Assembly: GCA_030324005.1 (NCBI GenBank)
Contig: JARDVH010000001.1
Span: forward strand, 138,472,084 to 138,536,083
Source: Negaprion brevirostris
Lineage: Eukaryota
Length of the DNA stretch: 64,000 nt
Reading direction: 5' to 3'
This document shows, piece by piece, positions 39,055 to 51,675 of the stretch. Each line of letters starts with the position of its first letter. Position 1 is the stretch's first letter. Position numbers and translations under genes: made by a program. The notes beneath the pieces are model-generated. The model was not told the origin of the DNA and ran no database searches. It was given only the letters and a program-made list of their open reading frames with translations.

Positions 39055-40552
39055 AGTTCATCCAAAACTATGTCCATGCCTTGACACTAAGCAAACCATG
39101 TTTCCCTATTGTCTCTGGGCTCACAGACATATGTTGGCTCCTGGCTAAGCAATGTCTTGATTTAAAAATTCTTATCCTTGTTATCAAATCCCACCCATGG
39201 CCCTCTCTGTCTCCATCTCCTGTGCGATATTTGCACTCTTCTAATTCTGGCCTCTTTTGCATCCTCAGTTTCATTTGCTCAACCATTGGTGACCCTGTGT
39301 TCGGTTGCATCAATCCCAAGCTCAGGAATATTCTGCCAAACCTCTCTAACTCTTTACTTCACTTTCCTTTTTTAAAACCTACCTCTTTGATCAAGTTCTT
39401 GATTATTCAACTGAATGGCTGGGATTCTCCCAAAAAAATTCAAAATCCCCAACTTCCAGGAGCATCAGAGTAGTTCCCACTTGTTTCTTCAGTGTGATTT
39501 CCAGAATGAATCTCTGACACTCTGTGCATCACAGAATGCACTAGTGTGATTTACTCTGGAAAGCTGGGGAAGGGTCTATTCCAACTGGAGAGGCCAGCAG
39601 CGTAGTGCTGAGTGGGTCACTGGGCTTGTGCCGATCTGTCAGAGTGGAGATCAGTGCATGTGCAGTGGCCCCACATTGATGGCCTCCATTTGCGGGCCAG
39701 CCCTGCAATCCAGAATTGCTGGCTTCCCAGATCTCTTGGGCCAGCCCTGATCTCCCCAACCTGGGCAGCCCCGATCTTCTGATCCCACGCCCATCCCCCC
39801 CAACAGTCCCAACCAACCCCCACCCACCGATTGGCCCCCAATATGCCCTGCCCTCAAAAGACTTGTCCCCTTGGTACTTCTTGATGCCTGATGGGCAATG
39901 CCAGTTTTCCCCTTGGACAATGTCAGGTCAGCACTGCCCAAGGGACACNNNNNNNNNNNNNNNNNNNNNNNNNNNNNNNNNNNNNNNNNNNNNNNNNNNN
40001 NNNNNNNNNNNNNNNNNNNNNNNNNNNNNNNNNNNNNNNNNNNNNNNNCAGTTTTCCCCTTGGAGAATGTCAGGTCAGCACTGCCCAAGGGACACCCCCT
40101 TATCCGCGACCTCCTGGGGGGTGCCTCAATGGGCTCTATTCTCTCAAATGAGGTCGGGCCGCCTGTTCTCTGTTAGTGGGAAGCTGTTGTAAATCCTGCT
40201 GAAGTGAACCATTTCTGGCGGGGGGAGTGGGGAAGCGCTAGTGGGCCCAGAGACTTAAGTTCTGGGTCCACTAAGCACATGGAAATCCCAAGTTCCAAAT
40301 GCTAATCAGCTTTATGCCAATTTCTAGCACAGAGCTGCTTACCCTGGAAATCTTAGTTGCAGAGACTCGCGGAGGCAGTGGAGCCCAGCGGGAAGCTCAT
40401 GAAACGGCCTCCACCGATGTCTCCCAGCCCACTGTGTTGCTCGACCAGCAGGCTGGGATAATCACCCACAATATCTCCTTATGTGGCTAGTGCAAAGCAC
40501 CTTGAGATGTTTCAATACAAAAGTGCTATATAAATATAAATTGTTATTATTG
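39055..40552 (+). mobile_element. L2 LINE 3' end split by an insertion at ~39417-40467
   Basis: Peptide WLLAKQCLDLKILILVIKSH...LHSSNSGL...STIG; resumes aatatctccttatgtggct...aagtgctatataaatataaattgttattattg. Confidence 0.75.
39417..40467. mobile_element. GC-rich non-autonomous element with short TIRs (PIF/Harbinger-like by inference)
   Basis: ggctgggattctccc ... gggataatcaccc; the boundaries are defined by the interrupted L2. Confidence 0.6.
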
Positions 40553-41282
40553 TCGGCTGCACTGTTCAAGTATCACTGTTGCTGTCACATAATGAGTGTT
40601 GACACAACGCAAAGGAGCACCTTTAGACCTTATCAAGAAGGTGCAAGAATCTAGTAATATCAAAATGAATTGGGGAAACCAAAGCATTTACGTAAATAAA
40701 ATCAGACTAAAAAGAAAATCGTTTTTGATAATTGATTCTTACAGCTAATTGCTAGAATTCTAACAGCAATATTGGATGTGCAAATGAATGTGTTATGAGG
40801 CAATATTTCTCTTTCTTGTTTCTTTGTTTTTCTCTCCATTTTTGGACTTGCATTAATACTGTCCTGGAATTCAAGAACGGCGGTTGCCCTCTTGGTTACC
40901 TGATCCTCATCGTTATTTTTCATGTATGAGCTTAGGCAGTGAGCGCTGCCCAGAGATTTTAAATATGACGGCTGTCAGCCAAGGCTCTCAAAGTCAGCCC
41001 AATTCTGCCCTCAGCTGTTGTCCATGCAAATATATCTTTGGCAGCTGGTGCTAGACAGAAATCAACACTATGAGCCTGAATGGAGTTTCTCTTTCTTTTT
41101 CCAATCCCTATCCAGGAATAATTCAGGTCAATGGTGCAACCTCTATAGTTGAAGTTAGTTATCACAAAGGCCAAGATTAGAACCAGGGAACTTCTGATCC
41201 ATATGTTGGGCAACACCCATTTATCCATCAACATTGAGAAAGGGGACACAACTTTTTTTGTGGTAAGCCTAAATACACCTAT

Positions 41283-42908
41283 TGTTAAGAACAGGAGAAT
41301 GAGAGACTGAAACTCCCTAATGCTTCCAGCCTACTCTCCGCAATCAGTGTGGTTTAGTTTAGATAAAACTCCAGTGTTTTCCCAAATCATCCACCACACT
41401 GGTTTATGTGGGGTCAGTTTTTACCTGGTCACTAGTGGCAGACTTTCATGGATTTTTAAACCAGGAGCACAGTTTATTCACACACGTTTTTCTTGGATAG
41501 GTTCATCGCTACTTCACACACACTACAAACATACAAGGAAGGTAGCAAAAAAGCATTTCTTTTCTCTGAATATTAAAACTTGACAGAATAATTAACAGTT
41601 CACATGCTTGTAAGTGTCGAGTAGAGAGGGGCTTTTCCACTTGGAAGCTGAAGTTCAGTCAAGTACACATAGGTAAAGATAGGATTTTGTGGCGTTTCTT
41701 CAGAGTCAGAGGTGCACAGAAATAGAGTAAACAGCCTTGATAATCCTTGTAGCCAGAGGATTTAGTTTCCTTTTTCCAGGCAAACTTGGAATCTTTTGGC
41801 AACAGGCTTTCAAGGATGCTTTAAAACTTTAAGCCTTATGGCTTGATAGAAGGCTAGGTGTTAGAGCCTGATTTCAACAGTGATGCTCCTTCTGACATTA
41901 CTCCTGCATTTTGCAGAAAGCAATTAGGGCTTAAAATAAAAGGATTTCAAAAGTGGGAAGTGTTTTAGTCATGTGATAACTGGGCATTGATATGTGATGG
42001 AAAATGATTGATAGTTAGTATTCACGAAGGAGTATCCACCTCCCTGAGTGAAAAAACATTAACATATAATAGAGACAGAAAGGCATCCTTAGCACTTCCC
42101 TTTTGCATGATCATTAGTTCTCCTTTGTTACCTGTTGGTCCTGGAGACAAAAACTCTGAGACTTTATTGTCCTTCCTGTTTTGGGGTAGGTCCTGGCACA
42201 TATAGTTGCAGCAGTCCACCTTGATGTGGTCTAAAAACAATAGAAAAAGCTTCTTTATCTATATAAAAAGGAAGTGAATAGCTAGAGTCAATGTTGGTCC
42301 CTTAGAGGATGAGACTGGGGAGTTAATAATGGGGAACACAAAAAAAGCAAAGGGACTAAATCAATATTTTGCTTTGATTTTCACAGCGGGAGGACTCTGG
42401 AACCATCCTGATAGTAACAGGGAAGGTGGAGGTTGTTGAAATGGAGGAGGAACTGAGAACAACTGAGAGGCCATAGTTTTAGGCTAAGGAGTGACCTATG
42501 TAAAACAGAAATGAGGAGGAATTACTTCACTCAGGGTTGTGAATCTGTGGAATTATCTATCTCAAGAGTACAGAGGATGGTGGAACGCTAAACAAATTTA
42601 AGGAGGAGATAGGAAGTTTTTTAATGAGTAGAAGGATGAAGGATTATGGGGAGCAGGCAGGAAGATGGAGTTGAAGCTGAGGGAAGTTCAGCTATGATCA
42701 TTTTGAATGGCGGAGTAGGGTAGAGGGGCTGCATTGCCTATTCCTGCTCCTAGTTCTTGTGCTTTTTGACATGTTCAATGTAATCCCATCTTTTAAAACT
42801 CCCAGAAGCTTGGCCAATTTGTAGTTCCAAATGTCAGCCATCTTAAAGGCCATCTTTTTAAAGAGGGCATACAGATTTTTAAAGAATTATGATGTCCTCA
42901 GCATGACA
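41283..42908 (-). mobile_element. Probable solo LTR with a CR1 insertion
   Basis: TG...CA ends (tgttaag...catgaca); flanks ctat/ctag form a near 4-bp TSD; antisense tttatt at about 41473. Confidence 0.45.
42228..42765 (+). mobile_element. CR1 copy with a large internal deletion
   Basis: aaagcttctttatctatataaaaagg...gttggtcccttagaggatgagactggggag joins the 3' part gaaatgaggaggaattacttcactcagggttgtgaatctgtggaatt...cctgctcctagttcttgtg. Confidence 0.8.
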
Positions 42909-43177
42909 CTAGTCACATTTTAAAATCTGTTAGCATGCTTACTTACGATAGAATACAAAATAAATGTAACTTGTAATGCAAAGATAAATTCTTCCTTCAG
43001 AAATGCCTGCAGTAATCTGAGGGGGAGGTAATATAAATGTCAATACATTGTATTCCTTCTGCCTAATAGCGTAAAATAGTTAAATCTTTAAATGTAATAT
43101 AAAGAAAACATGAGATGCTTGGAAGGAGATTTAAAAAGTTAAACTATGTCAAACTAATTAAAATCAATATTACTCCA

Positions 43178-43726
43178 GGGGCAGGATTTTCCCTGCTATT
43201 TCAGAGCCTCACAATCTGGCTCAAATAGGGGTCACATGCCTTCACTGTGTGGGGAAACAATTACCCATGGTACTTTACCCCAAATTGGCCAATTAATGGC
43301 CAGAGAACCAATAGGGGGCTCTCCACCTTAGAAGCAGCAGTAGGATGCCATGACAAGTCAGTGAGTGAGAGGGTGCTCTAAAATGGAGGCGTCTTTTGTC
43401 CAAGTTTTAAAATTTAAAATAAAAAATTCAATGCACCAGTTCTGACGCACAGAGGCTACTTCCAGCTGGCTACACTATCCCCCACCACTAATAGGGATCT
43501 GGAGCCCAACTGGAAAATCCCAGTTGGCCTCTAATAATTGACCTTCAGTGCCATTAACAATGTCAATTGGCTCCCCAATTCTTATGAGCCGGTAGTCTTG
43601 TCAACCTGAACCCCCAGAAAATGGTCTGGGAACGGTTGCTTTTCGGGAACTGGCACACTGGCTGGTGGAACTGTTTTTAAGACCTGTCTCAATACCCACC
43701 TTGAAAAGACCTAAAAGTTTTGTTTC
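43178..43726. mobile_element. Short-TIR non-autonomous element
   Basis: Starts ggggcaggattttccc like the other GGGC-type elements; right end degenerate. Confidence 0.4.
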
Positions 43727-45280
43727 AGAATATTGTAAGTAGGAAAGTGAATCAGGCCTCAACCTTCAAATCCAGGTAACTTCTTTACCGGCTCACTTGG
43801 GCCATTGCTTAGATAAGACCTAAATCTGCAGTGTTTAAAATGCTGCTGCACTTTAATCCAGGCACACAGGTGTCTCAGATCAGCATCAGTATAGTGGTGT
43901 CGTGGCACAATGCCAGCTAGTTGTCTATACTAGAGACAGTCTCCAGGTTTGAGTCTGCATTTGCAAACTGTGACATTTTGCACTAATAATAAACATAGTT
44001 TCACAAATTGCAAATGTATGATTGTACATTTTACAGTAAAAAATTTCAACATGAGTTGAATCCATGCCACATCCAGTTTGGATTGAAACTTGTCATGTGA
44101 ACAAAGCTCCAGACGTCAGGAAGTCAAGCGATCGGTGTCTGAATCAGCAATGAATTAGTGATAAACAAGTACAGTATTGTTCCTTCACACAGAAATCTCC
44201 AAGTATCCCACACATGGTGCAGGCAATGTGTAGTCTGTTACACTGACTGTGGTAAACATGATAAATGAATGGGGTAAATCTCTAAATTAAACTTGTTTAA
44301 TTTTTAATAATTTGGATTCCGATTCATTACTTCAACAATCAAGTTTCAGATATGAGTAGAAGTAAAAGTTTGTATGTTTCTGGATTGAAATGTTGCTAGT
44401 TTCTTGCTTGAAGCAACATTCTGAGCCAGGAAGAAAGGGGAGGCAGACATTCAGCACAGAAACTTACCATATCTCATCAGTTTACTTTTAGTATAGAGTG
44501 TTTTGAAACCGTGTTCTAATTTTGCTCCTTCGGAAGCAGCAATAACAAGAGAATGTCACTGATCCTAGTTCAGATGACGCATAAGACTTGATTCAGCTTT
44601 CCCTCAGTTTTCCACAATGAGAACACAGGATTGTGTGTGTGTGCATGTGTATGTGTGAATGTGCTGACAGCTGCCTTCTCTGAGGACAAGGATGTTTTGC
44701 ATTACCAGAGAGATGGCGTACAAAGAACAAACTTCCCTTTCCTCTGCATCTGAACTATTAATCTCTGTGATAGAGAGCCTTCTTTCGTTTAAATAAATTT
44801 TCCCACGATATTCAATAAAGCCCGTGATTCTCAAATAACTTTGTTTAGAAAGATTTTGTTTGTGTATAAACAATACTATCAGTCTGGTTTGTCAAGAATC
44901 AGTTTGAGGCACTGACTTCCAGTGGTAGTGCCCAGCCCCTGAAAGGACTGAGATAAGTAAAAGATATGCTGCTTTATCAGGAGGTAGAGAATGAAAGGAC
45001 TTTGAAATAAATTATTTGCACTTAATATCTGGCTCGCAGTATGCACAAGCTTTTACTGAATAGCTAAAGCTTACAATTAGCTATTAACCCTTTTGAATAG
45101 AACATTTCCTTTGCCTTACTGAGAACACAAATATATTTCCTCACTCTCCATTAAGACTAAGACTTTTTTATTGTTTCCAGATTTAACAGCTCTTTATTTC
45201 CCACTCTGTTGTCTCTTTCTGGCTTGTAAAGGATGTTTCTTTAAGTCACATTAAAATTTTAATAAACTAACAGGAGAAAG

Positions 45281-45583
45281 GGGTGGCATGATGGCACAGT
45301 GGTTAGCGCTGCTGCCTCATAGCACCAGGGATCCGAATTCAATTCTGGCCTCAGGTGACTGTGCGGAGTCTGCACGTTCTCCCCATGTCTGTGTGGGTTT
45401 CCTCTGGGTGCTGCGGTTTCCTCCCACAGCCTGAAAGACATGATGGTTAGGTGCATTGGTCATGCTAAATTCTCCCTCAGTGTCCTCAAACAAGCGCTGG
45501 AGTCTCATGACTAGGGGATTTTCACAGTAACCTCATTGCAGTGTTAATGTAAGCCTACTTGTGACACTAATGAATAAATAAAA
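45281..45583 (+). mobile_element. HE1/V-SINE-like SINE, tail type A, full length
   Basis: ggtggcatgatggcacagtggttagcgctgctgcctca...gtaagcctacttgtgacactaatgaataaataaaaa. Confidence 0.9.
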
Positions 45584-45777
45584 AAGATGTCCTGTAATAT
45601 AATTTTTGGAATTAAGTGAGAGGTGTGNNNNNNNNNNNNNNNNNNNNNNNNNNNNNNNNNNNNNNNNNNNNNNNNNNNNNNNNNNNNNNNNNNNNNNNNN
45701 NNNNNNNNNNNNNNNNNNNNNNNNNNNTAATATAATTTTTGGAATTAAGTGAGAGGTGTGATACAGAAAAGACATTT

Positions 45778-46702
45778 GGGGCAGAATTTAATGCCCTTCC
45801 CCGAAGCAGGAATGGAGATGGACGGCACGGTAGCACAGTGGTTAGCACTGTTGCTTCACAGTTCCAGGGACCTGGGTTTGATTCCTAGCTTGGGCCACTG
45901 TCTGTGCGGAGTTTACACATTCTCATTATGTCTGTGTGGGTTTCCTCCCACAGTCCAAAGATGTGCAGATTAGGTTGATTGGCCGTGCTAAAATTGCTCC
46001 TTAGTGTCCTGAGATGCGTAGGTTAGAGGAATTAGCGGGCAAATATGTAGGGATATGGGGTTAGGGCCTGGGTAGGACTGTAGTTGGTGCAGACCCGATG
46101 GGCCAAATGGTCTCTCTGCACTGTAGGGTTTCTATGATTCTATGACGGAGGGACATATAATTGGGTGGGAGGGTAGTGGATGAGGACCCCTGCATTTTCC
46201 TGCCTTCAGCCCATTTAAATACAGGGCAGGAAGGTTCACTTAACCCAGTGGAATTAAGTGAACCGTCAGGGTTTCTTGGGGGCTTCTGGGTGGGGTTTCT
46301 TGTTCAAGGCACTTAATGCCTGATCGAGTGATCTGGCATCTGGAAGAGGGCAGGCCTGCTAAGAGCCACACCTAGTCCTTGCCGCCCAGTCCCTTCCCCA
46401 ACCCCCCTCCCCCACCCAACAAGCCCCCTCTCGCCATCACTCATCCATGTCTCTCGGCAAACCTGGACCTCAACTGGGTGTAGTATGAGCAGAAGTCACC
46501 ATCTCTTCAGTGGTCTTATTGAGTAGTGTCTGCCTCTAAGGGGCTGGTAACTCTTGGGGGGTGATGGAGGGAATTTAGCCCCTGGGCTCCTTGATGGTGG
46601 AGAACGCTCGCTGCTGCCCGGCCTTCCGGAAAGTAGGTGATATGGGCTGGTTTGAGTTCTCCAGTCAGTTGGTGAGAACCTTGTTGCTTACATTGAATTC
46701 TG
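45778..46702. mobile_element. Short-TIR element hosting a SINE
   Basis: gggcagaatttaatg ... cattgaattctg. Confidence 0.5.
45821..46145 (+). mobile_element. HE1-like SINE, tail type B
   Basis: ggcacggtagcacagtggttagcactg...ctgcactgtagggtttctatgattctatga. Confidence 0.9.
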
Positions 46703-46872
46703 TTTTTTGTTTTTCACACCTTCATAAGGTTTGGTCTCTGTCCATGCAGGAACTATGAGATGTGTTAGTGCTGACATTATTATAGATCTGAAAGAAACAT
46801 TAAGGGGCCACTGTCCATTGAGGAATCTTTCTTCTTTAAAACACTTCATTCCCCTTTCTGAAGGCATTCACC

Positions 46873-46979
46873 TCATAGAAATCATAGAAACCCTACAGTG
46901 CAGAAAGAGGCGGGGAATCAAATACAGGTCACTGGAGCTGTGAAGCAGCAGTGCTAATCACTGTGCTGCTGTGCCACCC
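46873..46979 (-). mobile_element. Minimal HE1-like SINE (head fused directly to tail B)
   Basis: tcatagaaatcatagaaaccctacagtgcagaaagaggc is followed at once by gggaatcaaatacaggtc...gcagcagtgctaatcactgtgctgctgtgccaccc. Confidence 0.75.
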
Positions 46980-47046
46980 AAGTGGTGACTTCTGCCAGAA
47001 TTACACTCGGAACTTGCGGTTCCAATGTTCAGGGAATTGAGATTAA

Positions 47047-47384
47047 GAATCCATTTCCTACAATGTAGAAGGAGGCCATTCAGCCCATCAAGTCTGCATT
47101 GACTCTGACAGAATATGTTACCCAGGCCCTCTTCCTGCGCCCTATCCCCGTAACCCCACATATNNNNNNNNNNNNNNNNNNNNNNNNNNNNNNNNNNNNN
47201 NNTTTAGCATGGCCGGTCCACCTAACCTGTTCATCTTTGGTTTGTGGGTGTAAATCAGAGCACCTAGAAGAAACCCACACAGACATGGAGAGAATGTGCA
47301 AACTCCATACATCAGCCAAGGCCAGAATTGAACCCAGGTTCCTGACGCTGTGAAGCAGCAGTGCTAACCACTGTGCCACCGTGC
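47047..47384 (-). mobile_element. HE1-like SINE, tail type B
   Basis: gaaggaggccattcagcccatcaagtctgca...gaattgaacccagg...gcagtgctaaccactgtgccaccgtgc. Confidence 0.9.
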
Positions 47385-47732
47385 GCATTGTTTCATATTG
47401 GGATACAATTCAACCATTAATATTCTATCCAAGTGGTTTTTTGTTCCATGTGTGAGTAAGCCTATGCAATGACTGTCAATAACCTATTTAACTATGTATG
47501 GCATTAAAGATAACAAATACCTTGTCCTTTGCTGATGTTTGCATATGGCACTTACCAGCAGGAGTCATTAGTAGACCAAAGTGGTAGCAGTGGGTGATTT
47601 TATCGGCCCCCTCCACCTCATCTCCATTGCTCAAGTACTGAAGCCAATTGTAAAATTTATCTGCCATCATGACAAAATTCATCTAATTGGTCAAACTTGG
47701 GACCTTCTAATTGGTATAGTCTCAAAAAAGAG

Positions 47733-48042
47733 AGGCCTATGGCACAGTAGGTAGTATCCCTAGATCTGGCCCAGAAGCTCTGAGCTCAAGTACCACTTTG
47801 GGATTTGCTGGCCAAGGAAGGTGCATTCATAACATGGCCAAACAGGTTGATTATCAGCCTATGGATCCCATAATATGCCCAATGTCAGACAGTAAGAGTG
47901 GGAGAGTTTCCTGGTCAACCATACTGCAGGAAGCAATGGCAAATCACTGCGGTACTTTGTTAAGCATAATCATGGACTAATCCAATGGAAGTCCATGGTC
48001 ACCAACATCCTCTAGGTTATGATACCTGCAGGAGATGGAGTG
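47733..48042 (+). mobile_element. tRNA-headed SINE with a BovB/RTE-like 3' region
   Basis: Head tggcacagtaggtag...gagctcaagtacc; later gaagcaatggcaaatcactgcggtactttg...catggac...gtccatgg resembles the Bov-A/Sauria-SINE motif. Confidence 0.55.
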
Positions 48043-48499
48043 TCTAAAATACATGAAAAACATGATTTACAGCAGCGGCAAATTTCAACATCAATTGAAG
48101 AGGACATTATTAATATAGGCATGAGATTTATTTTCTGGTTAGGTGATCAAGGAGCATTACTCAGGTCATAATTTTTTAAAAATATATTGATACATTATCT
48201 GACACAATTGCCAATATTTTTGGCTCTGCTGTAATTTTTTTTTCAAGTTACTTCTACTCCTTGGTTTAGAGGCAGACCAAAAACAAAAATGTTGTAAGTA
48301 TTGTTTAAATATGTTCTAGAATTGGTTCCTTAATTATGTACCAGCCCTTTCAAAGTTTTTTTGAAATTTTCCCTCATCTCCCTTCCCAGTTCAACAGTCT
48401 CACCAAACATATGCACATTGAAACTGAAGTCATGGTGGGTGATGTGATGACTCTGTGGCTCAACATAAGCCTGGTTCTACACATTTATTTATTAATAAA

Positions 48500-48900
48500 T
48501 CTTGTCTCTGAGTCACAATGTCATGAGTTCAACCTTCACTCCAATAGAAGGGCCAGAAGTTCCAGACTGACATTTTGCCGCAGATACCAAGGGTATGTTG
48601 CACTATCAGTGGTGCTGTTTTCGGGTCATAATGTTAAATGGAAGCCTCAGGCAGTTGTAAGAATTTCTTGGAATTATTCAATGAAGGACAGCAGAATTCT
48701 CCGGATGCCCTAGCCAACAATTTCTCCCTTGACTGACATCACCAAAACAAATTATCTAGTCATTTATCTTTTTTGCTACATGTGACAATTGAATGGCATG
48801 TTTACCAGCGTTAAAATACTGACTCCACCTCAAAATTGCATTATTGCTGTAAAGTATTTTGAGGCGTCATAAAAGGCAGCATGAATGCACGTTTGTTTCC
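48500..48900 (+). mobile_element. Diverged DeuSINE
   Basis: tctgagtcacaatgtcatgagttcaacc...gacatcaccaaaacaaattatctagtcatt...ttgctgtaaagtattttgagg...atgaatgcacg; collinear with 27766. Confidence 0.7.
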
Positions 48901-49822
48901 TTCACTCTGCTAAATTATGGATGCTATATCTTAACACTGTCTAAAATGCAGATGGTTGGAATGCATACCATTCTGCCTGTTCTCTGTTCTCTTATGTTAA
49001 TGATGATTTGTGATCAAAAACAGGAAGTGCACGTATTGGATTTGAATGATCTCTAGCTCATCATCCATCAATCAATCTTATGTTCTCTTCTAGTGTCTAA
49101 GCTCATTGTAAATAGAATAAGACAGCTATTATGCATCAGGGAATTGTCATTCAAAAGGCTGTGTCAAACTCTTCTGAACGTTTAAAGTATCTTTATTTTA
49201 GATTCTGAAAGTTAAAGGGGAGTGTCTTCAAGAAATCTGTTAATTATGATGTTGTATGCAAACTTTCCACATATAAGCATTAATGTGCAATCAATAAGTA
49301 GTTAATGGAATAAAAGGTGGCCAAAATGTTGATTTTCAACTGAGATCTCAATCTGTGACTTGAAAGAATACTTTAATGGAACAAGGTAAATTAGTTTGAA
49401 AAATCCTGGGCCTCAGACAACAAAGCAAGTATGTCACTTAGGCAAAAAAATGTCATTTAGGGGCAGCTACCAGATCCACAAAATGTCATGCCTCTTTTTT
49501 TATATATTGGGAAATTCTGAGGGATACTTCCTTGTCCCTGCCATGTTTACTTCCTCATGTCATTCAATAAAGTTGTATTTCTTGTACAAACTCAGATGCG
49601 GGAACCTACTGCCATTTTACTAATAGTAGAGTGATCTTGGGAAAGCTACGACACAGAAACTGGCAACATCCATTTGACAAATTAACTGTAACTGAGATAA
49701 CTGGCTGCTAGGTGCAAGTATGACATTTTTCACTCCCTTTGGGGCAGATTCCCCAGGAACAACCTTAAATGATACTAAAAGTTGTCTCTTTACCTTAGCT
49801 GGAATGGTCCAGCTTCACCTGT

Positions 49823-49932
49823 GGCTGGGATTTTCCAGTGCCACTCCAGTGAATGGAGATTTGACTGAGTGCCAAATTCTCTGTTCTTACTGGCAACAGT
49901 AATGGGGTGCACGAGACCGGAATATTCTGGCC
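49823..49932. mobile_element. 110-bp MITE-like element
   Basis: ggctgggattttccag ... ccggaatattctggcc; flanks tgt/tat. Confidence 0.55.
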
Positions 49933-50802
49933 TATATGTTAACTCCACTGAGGTGGGTGTGGTGGTTGTAAGCTTTGCTTTAGTGGTGGACAGAGGTCCA
50001 ATGTACATAATGATTACAACCAGCTTCTTACTAAGTTGTTGTCTCTCCATTACTTGTTTAATTGTGCCCTCTCTTGCCAGTTTTTCTTACTGTGTTCCTC
50101 ATAGCTTTCTTGCCAACTTAGGGTCAGTGTCTGCACTTGTACTAAGTACTGACTGTTGTTTACCATGTATAAGGCAACATAAGGTCACTCCAGAGAATGG
50201 TATTGATTCTAATGGGTGTGGCAATATTCTAAATATGAAGCTGAGGTGCATCTGCTCAAAGCTTTTTTCCATCCATCTCTCTCCTCTATCTCCACCGCTC
50301 TGGGCCCTTCCCCTCACACACTTCTCTCTCTGTCTCTCTCTTCCTCTCTTGTATCCATTGAGGTAGAAAAGAAGTAAATTGCACTGGAGTGAAATCTTTA
50401 AATAATGCTTTCCTTGTACTTGAGGGTTGCACATTCTGAGAATAAAGCTTCCACGTGCTCCCTCAGATATAAACTCATTTCTTGTGGAAATGAGTGATGC
50501 ACACCAGCATCATATTGATCAGATCCATTTTGGTGCCTAGCTATTGCTGATCCTGCCCGGTGCTGACCAGAAGTGAACCAAGGCATTGGTGACCTACAGA
50601 CATTGTTTCTCGGCTGTGGAGAGTCTGTGGCAGGATTGGCCAATATATGAATGGAACTTTGCAGTAACTGAGAAGATTTAACATTAAAATCAAGTTTATG
50701 GGTAAAAAGAAATTGCAATGTTTGTCATTTTAGATGCATCCTGTAGCACAAATGAGCAAAATCAGCTGAACATTTGTTTCCATTAACTTTCTAAATCATG
50801 AG

Positions 50803-51672
50803 ATACAAGAACATATGAAATCAGGGCAGGAGCAGACCACTTGGTCTTTGCAGCTTAGTTCACCATTCGACAAGATCACAGCTGATTTTCTACTTTAACT
50901 CCACCTTCCTGATTATCCCCATAACCCTGAATTTGATCAATTTCCCCTCATAGGATGATCCTCTCATCCCAAGAACAAATTTAGTGAACTTTCATTGCAC
51001 TCCATCTAAAACAAGTATGTCTATTGGATAATTGCACACTGTATATCGCAACAATGCCCTGTGTAATTTTAAGGAGACTTCTTTACTCTTATACTCCAAT
51101 CCTTCATAATAAAATCTAACATTCCATTTGCTTTCCTATTTGCTGGCTGTACCAGCATGATAACTTTCTGTGATCCATGTGCAAGGACATCCAGGACCCT
51201 CTGAATACAAACATTTCCTAGACTCTCGCCATTCCAAAAAAATTCCACCTTTTAAGAATATTTCCTTCCAAAATGGATAACTTCACACTTGCAACGTTGT
51301 ATTCCATCTGTCATGCTTTTGCTCACTCACCCAACCTGTCTATTCCCACTGCATCCTCTGTGTCCTCATCACCTCTTACTGTCCCATGTAGCTTTGCATC
51401 ATCAGCCAACTTGGATATGTTACAGTCAGTCCCCTCAACCAATTTATTGATATAGGCTGCAGTTACTAAGGCTGAAGCACTGATTCTTGCACTAGTTACA
51501 GCCTGCTAACCTGAAAAATTCTTGTTCATTTTTAGTTCTTTTTCTTCCCATTAATAAATTCTCAATCCATGTTAATAAATTGGCCCCTATCCCACAAGTC
51601 CCAATTTTGTTAATAACCTCTTGTGTGGCACCTTATTAAATGCTTTTTGAAAACCCAAATATGCTAATTCCA
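50803..51672 (-). mobile_element. CR1 LINE 3' portion
   Basis: agaacatatgaaatcagggcaggagcagacc tail; tttgcatcatcagccaacttgga (SKLADDAK); gtggcaccttattaaatgctttttgaaaacccaa. Confidence 0.85.
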
Positions 51673-51675
51673 CCA

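Noticed and set aside
39899-40095. Apparent tandem duplications at 39.9-40.1 kb, 45.6-45.76 kb, 61.48-61.66 kb and 62.38-62.41 kb
   Set aside because: The repeated units sit directly either side of N gaps, which most likely reflects unmerged contig overlaps.
45281-45360. tRNA-like sequences at SINE heads
   Set aside because: A/B boxes run straight into SINE bodies and no complete cloverleaf is evident, so they are not tRNA genes.
49790-50366. Peptide with YIGPL...YSGL resembling a retroviral integrase, and the 165-aa plus-strand ORF
   Set aside because: The YSGL part is contributed by the MITE at 49823-49932; there is no DDE spacing or other supporting motif.
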